From Verrucomicrobia bacterium UBA3841 (GTDB taxonomy: Bacteria; Verrucomicrobiota; Kiritimatiellia; RFP12; UBA1067): a DNA stretch of 64,000 nucleotides. Below are positions 55,601 to 64,000 of the stretch, piece after piece (position 1 is the first letter of the stretch; each line of letters begins with the position of its first letter). The stretch is from assembly GCA_002392765.1 (NCBI GenBank), contig DGHT01000036.1, positions 2,870 to 66,869 on the forward strand, in the 5' to 3' direction. A program made the position numbers and the translations under genes. The notes beneath the pieces were generated by a model. The model had not been told where the DNA came from, made no database searches, and was given only the letters and a program-made list of their open reading frames with translations.

Positions 55601-55817
55601 CAAGATTCGCATAGCGGGCGAACTCAAGGACGGGATGATCCGGTTCGTCGTCAGGGACGACGGTTGCGGATTCGATGTCGAAAACCGTCCAACGCCTATG
55701 CAGGGGCATTTCGGTCTCCAGGGGATAAAGGAGCGGACGCGGCGTTTGCACGGGACGCTTGAACTGGAAAGCAAGGTCGGCGGGGGAACTGCCGCGACAG
55801 TGGAGATTCCGCTATGA
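52653..55817 (+). CDS. Sensor histidine kinase (HisKA_3/HATPase_c, NarX/LiaS type) with a ~790-aa periplasmic region that begins with an inosine-uridine nucleoside-hydrolase-like domain
   Basis: Signal peptide MKKTIVALACAMSTWVAA. IUNH aspartate cluster IFDTDMITDFDDVGALACLHAL. Single TM helix MLAVVLVLAAALALAAAW around residue 810. H-box AVELHDSIAQTL. ATP-lid IRELCVNAVKHG ... DDGCGFD ... GLQGIKER. Confidence 0.7.
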   Translation: MKKTIVALACAMSTWVAASEPVKVIFDTDMITDFDDVGALACLHALADAGECEILATVSATRGNASVGAIEVINRYYGRGDLPVGAPKGMGVIGEKAGATEKVRPDAPLGERTGNDGGHYKYRKLLQDYPGWYRYADADDAPDANEVYRRVLAAQPDRSVTICSVGFLTNLRRLLETEPDAISPLSGRELVERKVRLWVAMACKYPTGKEYNSKWDAESSRIVLESWPTPAVFTDFEYGKDCFAGRAIAETPDPGPGRNPVRDVFAGNIPSRDEIASDPAKWLRRSFGAGGRSAWDETAVLIAVRGTEPYFNVERGAYRMVGDDGTDEWVPDAQRGPHLRVTEKLSKAKVAAVIDDLILRGPREGASPRASDEAQPAISQAAAADVASLRQAVWNEASDGGSFSVTCTVTAVIHADQRHTSYWVADDTGYGYMRATNSLDVAPGDRIVAQGHIGMDGFDWRRAFMEGAVRLGRGEVPPPVPVSPEQLGDESFDGRIVIMRGIVTDIVHDEIDPAWRFLLMRTGSAPFFAAVCSDDDEAFGRLLGAEIAAKGVATVLPDGGKRKFQTPQLTVAGVDDITVETPPAEDPLDAPRIPSYPQKTLEGLRYKSVSALSRMGMRSVVGNIIAVYDGARRMLLKTSDGQIVGAHLRKPTDMEFGDCVAVAGFPETDLFIITLDKAICRREPGDRIAYDPPQTLPENFAMEVVLRDICAHGGAVRIRGRVDEMDVDGRAFEVRHGGHLIRVDFGAVAPHVDAVEPGSLVEVAGTCVRNTSADASGGFTRTAGFTVVPRTPEDMRIVAGPPWWTVGRMLAVVLVLAAALALAAAWNITLRRLAERRGRLLYKSKLESAAADLRVEERTRLAVELHDSIAQTLTGVSFQIDAAERTLPRDAAEPAGYIDAARKALLSCREELRRCLWDLRSETLAEPDLQNAIEKTVRPHIGGTDVTIRFHASRRLIPDVIAHNVLSIIRELCVNAVKHGSARKIRIAGELKDGMIRFVVRDDGCGFDVENRPTPMQGHFGLQGIKERTRRLHGTLELESKVGGGTAATVEIPL

Positions 55818-56434
55818 AGAAGATCCGCGTTATGATCGTCGACGACCATTCGGTCGTGAGGATGGGCCTTACGGCGATATTGAATCTTGAAAAGGACCTC
55901 GTCGTGTGCGGCACGGCGGAAAGCGGCGCGGAAGCCGCGGATGCCGCGCTGCGCTTCAAGCCGGACGTGATTGTAATGGATCTCATGATGCCTGACATGG
56001 ACGGCGCGGAGGCGACGGCGGCCATCCGCAAAACCCTCCCCGATGCGAAGATACTGATACTTACGACATTCGGTACTTCGGGGGAACTTTCGCGCGCGGT
56101 CTCCGCCGGCGCGACCGGCGCGGTGACGAAGAACATAGCGAACGCCGAACTCGTCGCCGCCATCCACGACACGGCGGAAGGGCGGCCTCACTTCTCGCCG
56201 GAAATCCGCCAGGCGCTGGACGACGCGGCCGCGCTGCCGGATTTCACGCGCCGCCAGCTGGAAGTCCTCAAGTCAATAACGCGCGGACTTTCCAACGACG
56301 ACATCGCCCGGCAGCTGGGACTCTCCAAAACGCGCATCAAGCAGCATCTTAACGAGATTTACGACAAACTCGGCGCGGCGAATCGCGCCGAGGCCGTAGC
56401 GATCGCCATGCGCCTGCCGGGTTTCGACGCGTAA
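55814..56434 (+). CDS. NarL/FixJ-family response regulator (REC + LuxR HTH)
   Basis: IRVMIVDDH...VIVMDLMMPDMDG receiver domain. C-terminal LuxR HTH LSNDDIARQLGLSKTRIKQHLNEIYDKLG. ATG overlaps the kinase stop (ATGA). Confidence 0.85.
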   Translation: MKKIRVMIVDDHSVVRMGLTAILNLEKDLVVCGTAESGAEAADAALRFKPDVIVMDLMMPDMDGAEATAAIRKTLPDAKILILTTFGTSGELSRAVSAGATGAVTKNIANAELVAAIHDTAEGRPHFSPEIRQALDDAAALPDFTRRQLEVLKSITRGLSNDDIARQLGLSKTRIKQHLNEIYDKLGAANRAEAVAIAMRLPGFDA

Positions 56435-56479
56435 CGGCGAAGGCCACCCCTGTTTCCCCTCGTCCCCTGCCGCCGCAAC

Positions 56480-56495
56480 CTGTCCTTTAGGACAG
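56480..56495 (+). terminator. Hairpin CTGTCC-TTTA-GGACAG after the regulator gene (weak; no U-tract)
   Basis: Perfect 6-bp stem with a 4-nt loop, 46 nt after the stop. Followed by TGGTATAAT at 56517-56525. Confidence 0.25.
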
Positions 56496-56593
56496 ATTGC
56501 CGGATTGCGCCATCGGTGGTATAATGACTATGAGATTCTCAATTGGAAAACCAGTTGGGAAAACACTTCATGTCCATCAAAAGAGGGTTCGTA

Positions 56594-59500
56594 ATGAAAC
56601 GATACATGCTTGCAATGCTCTTCGCAATGGCCTCGCTCTTCGCGTCCGCCGCCGCAACGGTTATAAATGTTCCGGCGAATGGCTCCCTTGAGCTGACGAG
56701 CGGAAACAACAAGGACAATACAATCATCGTCGCGGCTGGAGGAGCTACGATCACGTTTGCGAACGGAAGCGGGAACAAGACGTTTTATCCGCACCTTGTC
56801 GTTTCCGGCGGCGTCGTGCGCGTCAGTTCGTCTGGATTTTCCCGTTATCGGTTCGTCTCCGGCGTTCGCGCCGTCGACGGAGGCTCGCTTGAAATCGACG
56901 GCGTTTCAACGATCAGCATCGACCGCAAGACAATTCCAGACCCCACTGATATCATGCCGGCCACCGGCCCGCTTTGCGACTTCGACAACGTAAGCTTCAC
57001 TTCCGGTTCCGGCAAACTTGCGCTCAATTACAATGCCACCGTCCGTCGGTTGCCGAACTGCAAGATCGTCGTGGAGCCTGGCGACAGTGCGGTGCCCACG
57101 ACGGTTGCCCTCGCAAGCACTGACTCCAACGCCGCCGCTGCGCTGCTTGATAATGGCTCGCTTTGCCTTACCAACTTCAACGCCATAGCGCTTACGGCTA
57201 ATGCGCTTCCCGACGGATGCCATGTGCGGGTTTCGCCAGGGCGAACTTTCAAGTTCGATCAAGGGAATCTTGCTGCTGATGGTTTGACCTTGATGCCTTC
57301 CTCCGGTGCGACAGGCCTCTTCAACATTGAGCTTCTCGGGCGCGGTGCGACGGTGTGCTTTGCAAATGATGGAGGAAAGAACATCCGATGCGAGTCAAAC
57401 ATCACAGGGCTTGGCGAAATTCTCTTCAAGCCGAATTCAGGAACTGTCATAACGCGCTTCCGCGGCATGGCCTATACGGCGACAGATTCTTCGTCATTTT
57501 CAATTCCGGTTGACACGGCGAACGAGCCTGTTCCCACAGAGAGCTGGAAGTCAAAGGTTTCGCACTGGTTCGACGCTTCTGACGAGTCGACGCTCGTACC
57601 GTTCTCGTTCGATCCGTCCGTCTGGGGCGGCAATTGGGTAAGCGCAAAAAACGAATTCGATGGGAATCAGCTTGTCATTGGCATGAAGGACAAGGTGGAG
57701 GGTTCTACTGTGTCGCTGTACAACAAGCGGCTATGGAGCGCAGACGGGCATTTCAGCGCGTCGCAATATCACCTTCAGGTCCTGCCGTATATGGTAAAGG
57801 ACGGTTTGAACGGTAAGACGTATTTGAGTTGCGGAAAGCGCGGTGATCCATCCGATGGAGCCAAGTATGATTCCAACGGCAATCTCATATCATCAACCGA
57901 GAACCGCCGTCTCAAATTCTGGAGTTCCACGGCGATTGACGGCAGCACAGTTCCATCAGGTGGCTATACCAAGATCAGTGCATCTTATGCAATACTCGTT
58001 TTCGGTTCGCAGAACGGCGGTGGCGAAGCGGTAATCGGTACGGACGGCAATCAGGTGCCCGGGAACGGTTCGTTTGTCCGGCAGAGTGGAATCGACAAGG
58101 CATGGACTACCCGAGACGGTTATTCCATGCATGCTGATGGGCTTACTGTAAATCCGAAAAGCGCAAAGCCGAACGGCGGATGGCAGATTCTATCTATAGA
58201 CATGTCGGCGACAAATACGCTGGTCAACGGTCTCGGACCGATGGATGCCAATGCCGGCGAAACCGACTGCGGCGGTCAGAACTACGCCGAAGTCATCTTC
58301 TTCTCCGAGAAGCCGACGACTGTCGAGCGCGCCGCCTGCGAGCGCTACCTTGCCGAGAAGTGGGGCCTCGAATCCTCTTATGCGCAGTGGGATGTTCCGT
58401 ATGCGCAGCTTAGCGGTAGTTCGGGGACCGTGACTCTCTACGACGATGCCAGAACCACATACGACAGTGTGGAAGAGATAGCTGCGGAAGGTTCGTTCTC
58501 CGGTACAGTAATCATTCCGCGCGAAAAGACGCTGGTCATTGAGAAACCACTTCCACCTACAGAAGCGGATGTGCCGGAGACGAATCGCGTCGGCTGGTAC
58601 GACCCCGACTTTTCGGGTGCGGTTGTATACGATGCAACCGCGCTTGGACACGACGATTTGCTCTATGTACTTTATGGCAGGACGTTGGTGGACTTGTGCA
58701 CAGACGATAACGATATATGGTTCACGAGCGGATGGCGCGGAGATAGCGGGGCCGTCAACAATTTCGCACCTTCCGTCTCACGGTCTGCACGAGGTGCGCT
58801 CACGACCGGCCCTAAACGCAACTGGCTCAATTTCAAGGAAAGTCACGGGGACTCCCTCGGTAATATGATTCGCTCGCGCAAGGTATTTTCTGGCGTAAAC
58901 GGATCCATGTACCCCATGAAAGTCCGGCAGGGGTTCTTTGTCGTCGATACTTCGTCCGGAGGCGGTGACATATTCAATACAGATGCTACGTTTTCTAAAG
59001 GCAAGATAAAGCCTCGCACCGACGGAAGCGACAGCAGCAAACCGATCTGGCGTGATGGTACGGTCGCTATGTCAGGCACATGGCTCGACACGGACGAGAT
59101 CAACGGGGCGGAGCGAGGCTACAACGGCAGGGCAGAGGTTTTGTCTTTTGCTACCGAAAGCGAGACTTTGGATGTGGGATATGTTGCAAACTACAACGGT
59201 TCTCATACCGAGATTGTCGGTGAATTCATACTCTACTCCCAGCCGCTGGAAGATGCGGCACGGACGAAGGTGCAGGAATACTTGATGTACAAGTGGTTTG
59301 GCGACTTGAACAACAAGTATGCCGACTTTACAGGGGCGACCGTTCAGGGCGCGGGAACGGTGAAGAGCCCGACGTTGCGCAACCTGCCGAAGTTCGGCAC
59401 CAACTTCACGGGTTCCCTTACCGGCGGCTCGCGGCTTGAGTTCAACCTTGGTGTGGACGGAGTCGCAGACCCGATCGACATTGGAAGGGCACTTGTCCTT

Positions 59501-59704
59501 GAGGACGGCGCGACGGTCGCCGTGAATGTAACGGGAAAACCCGCTCCGGGAAATTACACGCTCCTGACCGCAGAGTCGATAACCGGCACGGCGACGCTTG
59601 ACGTCATCGGCCTTCCGGACAGCCGCAAGGCTAAACTCCATGTAGATACTGATGAAATCTGGATGGAGGTGTCCGGGCCGGGAATGATGGTTATCTTACG
59701 CTGA
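56594..59704 (+). CDS. Large secreted protein with two LamG-like jellyroll domains (Verrucomicrobia/Lentisphaerae-type, YLxxKWG motif)
   Basis: Signal peptide MKRYMLAMLFAMASLFASAAA. Two occurrences of the jellyroll tail motif (NYAEVIFFSEKPTTVERAACERYLAEKWGL and EIVGEFILYSQPLEDAARTKVQEYLMYKWFG). Confidence 0.6.
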   Translation: MKRYMLAMLFAMASLFASAAATVINVPANGSLELTSGNNKDNTIIVAAGGATITFANGSGNKTFYPHLVVSGGVVRVSSSGFSRYRFVSGVRAVDGGSLEIDGVSTISIDRKTIPDPTDIMPATGPLCDFDNVSFTSGSGKLALNYNATVRRLPNCKIVVEPGDSAVPTTVALASTDSNAAAALLDNGSLCLTNFNAIALTANALPDGCHVRVSPGRTFKFDQGNLAADGLTLMPSSGATGLFNIELLGRGATVCFANDGGKNIRCESNITGLGEILFKPNSGTVITRFRGMAYTATDSSSFSIPVDTANEPVPTESWKSKVSHWFDASDESTLVPFSFDPSVWGGNWVSAKNEFDGNQLVIGMKDKVEGSTVSLYNKRLWSADGHFSASQYHLQVLPYMVKDGLNGKTYLSCGKRGDPSDGAKYDSNGNLISSTENRRLKFWSSTAIDGSTVPSGGYTKISASYAILVFGSQNGGGEAVIGTDGNQVPGNGSFVRQSGIDKAWTTRDGYSMHADGLTVNPKSAKPNGGWQILSIDMSATNTLVNGLGPMDANAGETDCGGQNYAEVIFFSEKPTTVERAACERYLAEKWGLESSYAQWDVPYAQLSGSSGTVTLYDDARTTYDSVEEIAAEGSFSGTVIIPREKTLVIEKPLPPTEADVPETNRVGWYDPDFSGAVVYDATALGHDDLLYVLYGRTLVDLCTDDNDIWFTSGWRGDSGAVNNFAPSVSRSARGALTTGPKRNWLNFKESHGDSLGNMIRSRKVFSGVNGSMYPMKVRQGFFVVDTSSGGGDIFNTDATFSKGKIKPRTDGSDSSKPIWRDGTVAMSGTWLDTDEINGAERGYNGRAEVLSFATESETLDVGYVANYNGSHTEIVGEFILYSQPLEDAARTKVQEYLMYKWFGDLNNKYADFTGATVQGAGTVKSPTLRNLPKFGTNFTGSLTGGSRLEFNLGVDGVADPIDIGRALVLEDGATVAVNVTGKPAPGNYTLLTAESITGTATLDVIGLPDSRKAKLHVDTDEIWMEVSGPGMMVILR

Positions 59705-59737
59705 CGCAGAAGGAAAAGCTCGCGGAGGAATGCTTAC

Positions 59738-60754
59738 ATGAACTGCAACAGGCGATCGTTCCTTGCTCTTGCCGCAACTGGTCTTGCGGGTTGCTTCACC
59801 GGCGGCAACGGCGCGACCGGACGTCGACAAGCCGATGCGACGGCAGGCGAGGCGGCCGGGCGGGAGCCTCTCTTTGACGACAACCTAAGCGTGATAATCT
59901 CCGATGCGCATGTGTGCGGCGAAGACGCCCGCGCGGCGAAATACACGCCGAAGCGGCTTGTTGCGTTCGTGGACGAAGTGCTCGCGATGCGCCCGCTGCC
60001 GCGTCGCGTGATCCACCTCGGCGACCTCGCGTACCTTCACGGGCATCCGGCGGACTACGCCGTCTCCAAGCCGATACTGAAGCGCCTGGAGGATGCGGGC
60101 ATCGAGCTTGTTTTCTGCATGGGCAACCACGACCGCCGCAGCGAGTTCGCCAAGGCGTGGCCGGGGCGTCTCGAGAAGTCGCCGGTCCCGGGGAAATACG
60201 TCAGCGTCACTTCGCTCGGCACGGCTGACATCGTGATTCTCGATGGACTCCAGGGGACGGACGACCGTCTGCTTACCGACATGGGCCCGGGGAGCGGTCT
60301 CCTCACGGCAGACCAGTTCTCCTGGATCAAGAAGGAACTTCCCAAGCGCAAGCGCCCGTTCTTCGTCGCTTCGCACTTTCCGGTCGACGACTTCAAGACG
60401 TCCGACAAGAAGCACGGACATCTCGGCCGCTGGCTCATAAAGAACGCGCCCATGTGCATAGGGTATCTCTACGGGCACATCCACCGCTGGAGGCCGGAGT
60501 GGATACACGGGGCTTGGAGCGAGCGCAAGTCGCTTCGCACCCTTTCGATGCCGTCCAACGGACTTTGGGGAGACATCGGCTATGTGACGCTGAGAACCGG
60601 CGAGGACCGCGCGGTGTGCTCGCTTGAGATGAAGGACTTCTTCTTTCCGGCGGAGCCGAGCGACCCCAACGACCGTCCGGCCCCGTGGAGAATCAAAGTC
60701 GAGGAGTCGCGGGGTGCGACATGCACGTTCCTTTATGACAGGCAGGGCGTTTAA
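59738..60754 (+). CDS. Exported calcineurin-like metallophosphoesterase
   Basis: Tat/lipoprotein-like MNCNRRSFLALAATGLAGC. GDLAY and GNHD metal-binding motifs. Confidence 0.7.
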   Translation: MNCNRRSFLALAATGLAGCFTGGNGATGRRQADATAGEAAGREPLFDDNLSVIISDAHVCGEDARAAKYTPKRLVAFVDEVLAMRPLPRRVIHLGDLAYLHGHPADYAVSKPILKRLEDAGIELVFCMGNHDRRSEFAKAWPGRLEKSPVPGKYVSVTSLGTADIVILDGLQGTDDRLLTDMGPGSGLLTADQFSWIKKELPKRKRPFFVASHFPVDDFKTSDKKHGHLGRWLIKNAPMCIGYLYGHIHRWRPEWIHGAWSERKSLRTLSMPSNGLWGDIGYVTLRTGEDRAVCSLEMKDFFFPAEPSDPNDRPAPWRIKVEESRGATCTFLYDRQGV

Positions 60755-60755
60755 A

Positions 60756-61556
60756 ATGAATGTATGCAGATATGCCGCCGCCGTTGTCGCGGCACTCATT
60801 GTCGCTTCCGCAGGCGCCGTACAGACGTTCGCCGAGCGGCTTTCCGCAAAGCGTCCGTTCCTGATAGCGCACCGCGGCAGCCAGTCGCTCGCGCCGGAGA
60901 ACACGGTCGCGTCGTTCGTATGCGCGGCTCGGCTCGGGCTGGACGCGATAGAAACGGACGTGAGGCTTTCGAAGGACGGCGCGCTCGTATGCGCGCACGA
61001 CGACGATCTCGTGCGCATGTTCGGCGTGGAGCGCAAAGTCGCCGACATGACGCTGGCGGAGCTTCGCGGACTTGTGCCTGTGAAGGGGAAGGGACTCAAG
61101 TCGTGGCCGAAGGAGGCGCTTCGCATCCCGACGTTCGCCGAGTACCTTGACGTATGCGAGAAGTACGACAAGGTTCCGTTCATCGAGACGAAGGGCGACA
61201 TCGCGGTAGTCAAGCCGGTTCTGGAAGAAGTGCGGCGGCGCGGACTTGCGAAGGTGGCGGTGCTCTCGTCCATACAATTCGACCACATCCGGGAAGCGAG
61301 GAGAGTCGACAAGGAGATATTCGTCCACCACATCTTCAGCGAGCCAGAACTTCTCGACGAGCTGGCGGACATGGGCAATGCGGGGCTTTCCTACAACTAC
61401 AAGGATTTGGCGGAAGTCCCGGACGGTCTCGTGGAGCGGGTTCACGCGAAAGGCGTGAAGATGTGCCTTCGGGCTGGCGACACGCCGGCGGCCGTGGAAA
61501 AGATGACCGCCCTCGGGCTTGACTACATACCGACGAACGTCACGATACCGCTGTGA
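60756..61556 (+). CDS. Glycerophosphodiester phosphodiesterase (GDPD family), secreted
   Basis: Signal peptide. LIAHRGS and IETDVRLSKDG GDPD motifs. Confidence 0.75.
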   Translation: MNVCRYAAAVVAALIVASAGAVQTFAERLSAKRPFLIAHRGSQSLAPENTVASFVCAARLGLDAIETDVRLSKDGALVCAHDDDLVRMFGVERKVADMTLAELRGLVPVKGKGLKSWPKEALRIPTFAEYLDVCEKYDKVPFIETKGDIAVVKPVLEEVRRRGLAKVAVLSSIQFDHIREARRVDKEIFVHHIFSEPELLDELADMGNAGLSYNYKDLAEVPDGLVERVHAKGVKMCLRAGDTPAAVEKMTALGLDYIPTNVTIPL

Positions 61557-63007
61557 TGAAATCAGGATTTAAATCAATTGCGATTGCCGTTGCGGCAATG
61601 TGCTTCGGGGCGTCTGTGCGCGCCGAGGCGGCGCTCGGCACATATCTGCCGGGCGAAGGCGGCGTGCCTGTGCGCGTCTGGCAGACGACCGGGCGCAAGG
61701 GCTTTCGCGAGGTGTTCACGACGCCGTTCACCGTTCATGCATACGCGGACAAGCGTCCTCTCGACGTTGATGCGGCGGTCGAAGATCACGAGTTTCTCGG
61801 CCTTGGCGTATCTATGACCGATGCCTCGTGCTGGATTCTGTCGCGTCTCCCTGCGGATAGGCGCCGCGCGCTCCTCGACGCCGTGTTCTCGCCCGAACGC
61901 GGAGCCGGACTTTCCGCCGTGCGGCTCAATATCGGCGCGAGCGACTACTCTACAGCGCTCTACACCTACGACGATGTGCCGGGCGACACGGCGATGGAGT
62001 TCTTTTCCGTCGCCCGCGACGACCGCTGGGTGTTTCCGATGGTAAAGGAGGCGATTGCGGTCAACCCGTCGATATTCCTCTTCGCGGCGCCGTGGAGTCC
62101 GCCGGGATGGATGAAGGACACCGGCAGTTTTGTTGTTGGGCGGTTCAAGGACGGATGCGAAGAGGCGTTCGCCAACTATCTCTTCGCATACGCCGGCGCC
62201 TGCCGCGAGCGCGGACTGGACTTGGGGGCCGTGACGGTGCAGAACGAGGTTGATCTTTCCACGAAGGGGATGTATCCGTCCTGCACGCTCACGGAGGAGC
62301 AGGAGTCGCGCGTGGCGAAGCTCCTCTCGAATAAGCTCCGCTCCGGTGGATTCGGCGCCGGCGTCTGGATCTGGGACTACAACTACAGGGGCGCGACGAA
62401 CCGCGTAGCGCGGCAGCTCGCCGACCCCGAGACCAGCGCGGCCGTCGGCGGCGTGGCATGGCATTCGTACAGACCCGATCCCGCGTGGATGGGCGAACTC
62501 CACCGCAGACATCCGGGCGTCCCGTTCTACCATACCGAGATGGGGCCGGCGCTGAACGCGACAAACCGCACGGAGCGATGGTGGGCCGACACGGTGTTCG
62601 GTGCGCTGGAGAACGGCTGCAGGACGTTCACCGGATGGAATCTCTGTCTTACGGACGACGGACAGCCGACGACCGGACCACACGGATGCGCCGGGCTGGT
62701 CACCGTCGACCTCGACTCGGGCGACTTCGTCCCAAGCAGTCAGTACAGGCTCTTCCGCCACATCGGACCGTTCGTCAAGCGCGGCGCGAAGCTGCTGCAT
62801 GTCGAAGGCGACCGCGACGGAGCGGCGACAATTCTCTTTCGCAACCCGTCCGGAGAACACGTCCTCGCAGTCGCATGCGGCGGGTTCGCCATCGGCAGGG
62901 ACGGCCCGCCGCGCGCAAGGATCCACTTGAAGTGGCGCGGGAAATGGCTCGCCGTGCCGCTGCCGTACGGAACCTGGTCGCTGACTACGGTTGTGTTTGG
63001 GCCGTGA
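61556..63007 (+). CDS. GH30 glycoside hydrolase (glucosylceramidase / xylanase family)
   Basis: Signal peptide. FAAPWSPPGWMK. TVQNEVD (acid/base NE). Confidence 0.7.
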   Translation: MKSGFKSIAIAVAAMCFGASVRAEAALGTYLPGEGGVPVRVWQTTGRKGFREVFTTPFTVHAYADKRPLDVDAAVEDHEFLGLGVSMTDASCWILSRLPADRRRALLDAVFSPERGAGLSAVRLNIGASDYSTALYTYDDVPGDTAMEFFSVARDDRWVFPMVKEAIAVNPSIFLFAAPWSPPGWMKDTGSFVVGRFKDGCEEAFANYLFAYAGACRERGLDLGAVTVQNEVDLSTKGMYPSCTLTEEQESRVAKLLSNKLRSGGFGAGVWIWDYNYRGATNRVARQLADPETSAAVGGVAWHSYRPDPAWMGELHRRHPGVPFYHTEMGPALNATNRTERWWADTVFGALENGCRTFTGWNLCLTDDGQPTTGPHGCAGLVTVDLDSGDFVPSSQYRLFRHIGPFVKRGAKLLHVEGDRDGAATILFRNPSGEHVLAVACGGFAIGRDGPPRARIHLKWRGKWLAVPLPYGTWSLTTVVFGP

Positions 63008-63044
63008 AGGACTTCAATGCCGATACCATACCAGGAGGATGAAA

Positions 63045-64000
63045 ATGGAATTCAACAGACGGAATTTTCTCAAGGGCGTCTCTCTTGCGGCGTTCGCGGG
63101 CGCGGCGTCGCCGAGACTGATGGCGGAGGGCACCACGCTGTTCGCGCCCGGCATGGCGAACGGACGCTCGGCGCCCGGAAAGCTCCAGGAGGTCGGGCAT
63201 GATGTCGACCTCTGCGTTGTGGGCGGCGGTATCGGAGGAATGCTGACGGCCATATCCGCTGCGCGCCGCGGCGCGAAGGTGGCTCTCATGCACGACAGGC
63301 CCGTCCTCGGCGGAAATGCGTCGAGCGAGATTCGCATGTGGATATGCGGCGCGGGGACGCGCGTGAGGAATCTCCAGGAAACGGGCATCATGGAGGAGAT
63401 CGCGCTCGATAACATGGCGCGCAATCCCTCGCGCAACTGGTCGGTCTGGGACACGATCCTCTACGAAAAGGTGCGCTTCGAACCGAATATCGACCTGATC
63501 CTCAACTGCGCGTGCTGCGAAGCGAAGATGGACGGCGCGAAGATTGAATCGGTCACGGGCTTCCAGCTCACCACATACCAGCGCCACACGGTCAGGGCGA
63601 AGATATTCGCCGACTGCTCTGGCGATTCCATCCTCGCGCCGCTCACGGGCGCGGCGTACCGCGTCGGACGCGAGGCGAAAAGCGAGTTCGGCGAGGAATT
63701 CGGCATAGGGACGGCCGACCGCAAGACGATGGGTTCGAGTCTTCTCATTCAGGCGCGCGAGACGGACCGCAAGATCGAGTTCACGCCGCCGGACTGGGCT
63801 TACGACTTCCCGGACGACGAGGCGCTGAACCACAAGCCGCACGACTGTCTTCTCAAGCCGCACACGAACTTCTACTGGATAGAGATCGGCGGCGAGGCGA
63901 ACACAATCGCCGATGCGGAGAAGCTGCGCGACGAACTTTTGAAGATCGCGCTCGGCGTGTGGGACCACATGAAGAACCACGGCGAACACGGCGCTGACAA
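63045..64000 (+). CDS. Tat-exported FAD-dependent oxidoreductase (PF12831-like), 3' end outside the window
   Basis: Shine-Dalgarno AGGAGGA. Tat motif NRRNFLKGVSLAAFAGA. Dinucleotide fold DLCVVGGGIGGMLTA. Open to the window edge with no stop, so it is absent from the ORF track. Confidence 0.65.
   Translation, partial: MEFNRRNFLKGVSLAAFAGAASPRLMAEGTTLFAPGMANGRSAPGKLQEVGHDVDLCVVGGGIGGMLTAISAARRGAKVALMHDRPVLGGNASSEIRMWICGAGTRVRNLQETGIMEEIALDNMARNPSRNWSVWDTILYEKVRFEPNIDLILNCACCEAKMDGAKIESVTGFQLTTYQRHTVRAKIFADCSGDSILAPLTGAAYRVGREAKSEFGEEFGIGTADRKTMGSSLLIQARETDRKIEFTPPDWAYDFPDDEALNHKPHDCLLKPHTNFYWIEIGGEANTIADAEKLRDELLKIALGVWDHMKNHGEHGAD

Noticed and set aside
52590-55751. 1053-aa minus-strand ORF antisense to the sensor kinase
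   Set aside because: The plus-strand reading frame has unambiguous IUNH, HisKA_3 and HATPase_c motifs, while the minus-strand translation is Arg/Pro/Gly-rich without motifs.
59734-61445. Minus-strand ORFs 59885-61378 and 60693-61445 over the metallophosphoesterase/GDPD genes
   Set aside because: Plus-strand genes carry GNHD/GDLAY and IAHRGS/ETDV motifs with signal peptides. The minus-strand ORFs are antisense artefacts.

Overview
High-GC (~62%) bacterial chromosome segment, almost all genes on the + strand and packed into long operons with 1-4 nt start/stop overlaps (ATGA, TAATG). The gene content points to a PVC-superphylum organism (Kiritimatiellota, Verrucomicrobiota or Lentisphaerota): a large Cys-rich prepilin-type N-terminal (AFTLIEL) protein, several Tat-signal (RRxFLK) exported enzymes, LamG-jellyroll giant secreted proteins carrying the YLxxKWG motif, and many glycoside hydrolases without any SusC/D pair. 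Positions 1-28,700 are mostly housekeeping (clpC 3' end, topA, xerC, pyrE-like, birA, nnr, tsaD, rlmB, BamD-like, LptE-like, tRNA-Glu, dprA). Embedded in them is a candidate peptidoglycan-recycling set: a NamZ-like DUF1343 protein plus a MurU-like nucleotidyltransferase, an AmgK/NahK-like anomeric kinase and a MupP-like HAD phosphatase. There is also a sugar-alcohol-phosphate module (Zn-ADH, PfkB kinase, Tat MBL hydrolase). Positions 28,700-64,000 form an accessory glycan-degradation region headed by a GntR-HTH/LacI-sensor hybrid regulator. It encodes two GH29 fucosidases, a LamG protein, a secreted PTP-like CX5R phosphatase, an SGNH esterase, a parallel beta-helix enzyme, GH43, a 1519-aa GH2-like giant, an esterase fused to a DDGW TIM-barrel glycosidase, GH78, GH30, GDPD, a metallophosphoesterase and a FAD oxidoreductase. 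The most unusual content is: (1) a two-component system whose sensor kinase carries a periplasmic inosine-uridine nucleoside-hydrolase-like domain, with a ribokinase just upstream and a NarL-type regulator downstream; (2) an AAA+ ATPase (DUF234-type) cassette bounded by near-perfect 27-bp inverted repeats built from three 9-bp units; (3) a family of roughly 73-bp palindromic elements, (CGCAAAGTN)x3 arms, present four times, twice read through in frame inside ORFs; (4) a GC/purine-rich repeat family inserted in frame into metabolic genes; (5) a roughly 260-bp segmental duplication that created a chimeric truncated beta-helix pseudogene; and (6) a recurrent TTGATATAAT extended -10 element placed 7-8 nt from start codons, implying leaderless mRNAs. 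No CRISPR array, rRNA or obvious prophage was seen. Long antisense ORFs on the minus strand are high-GC artefacts.
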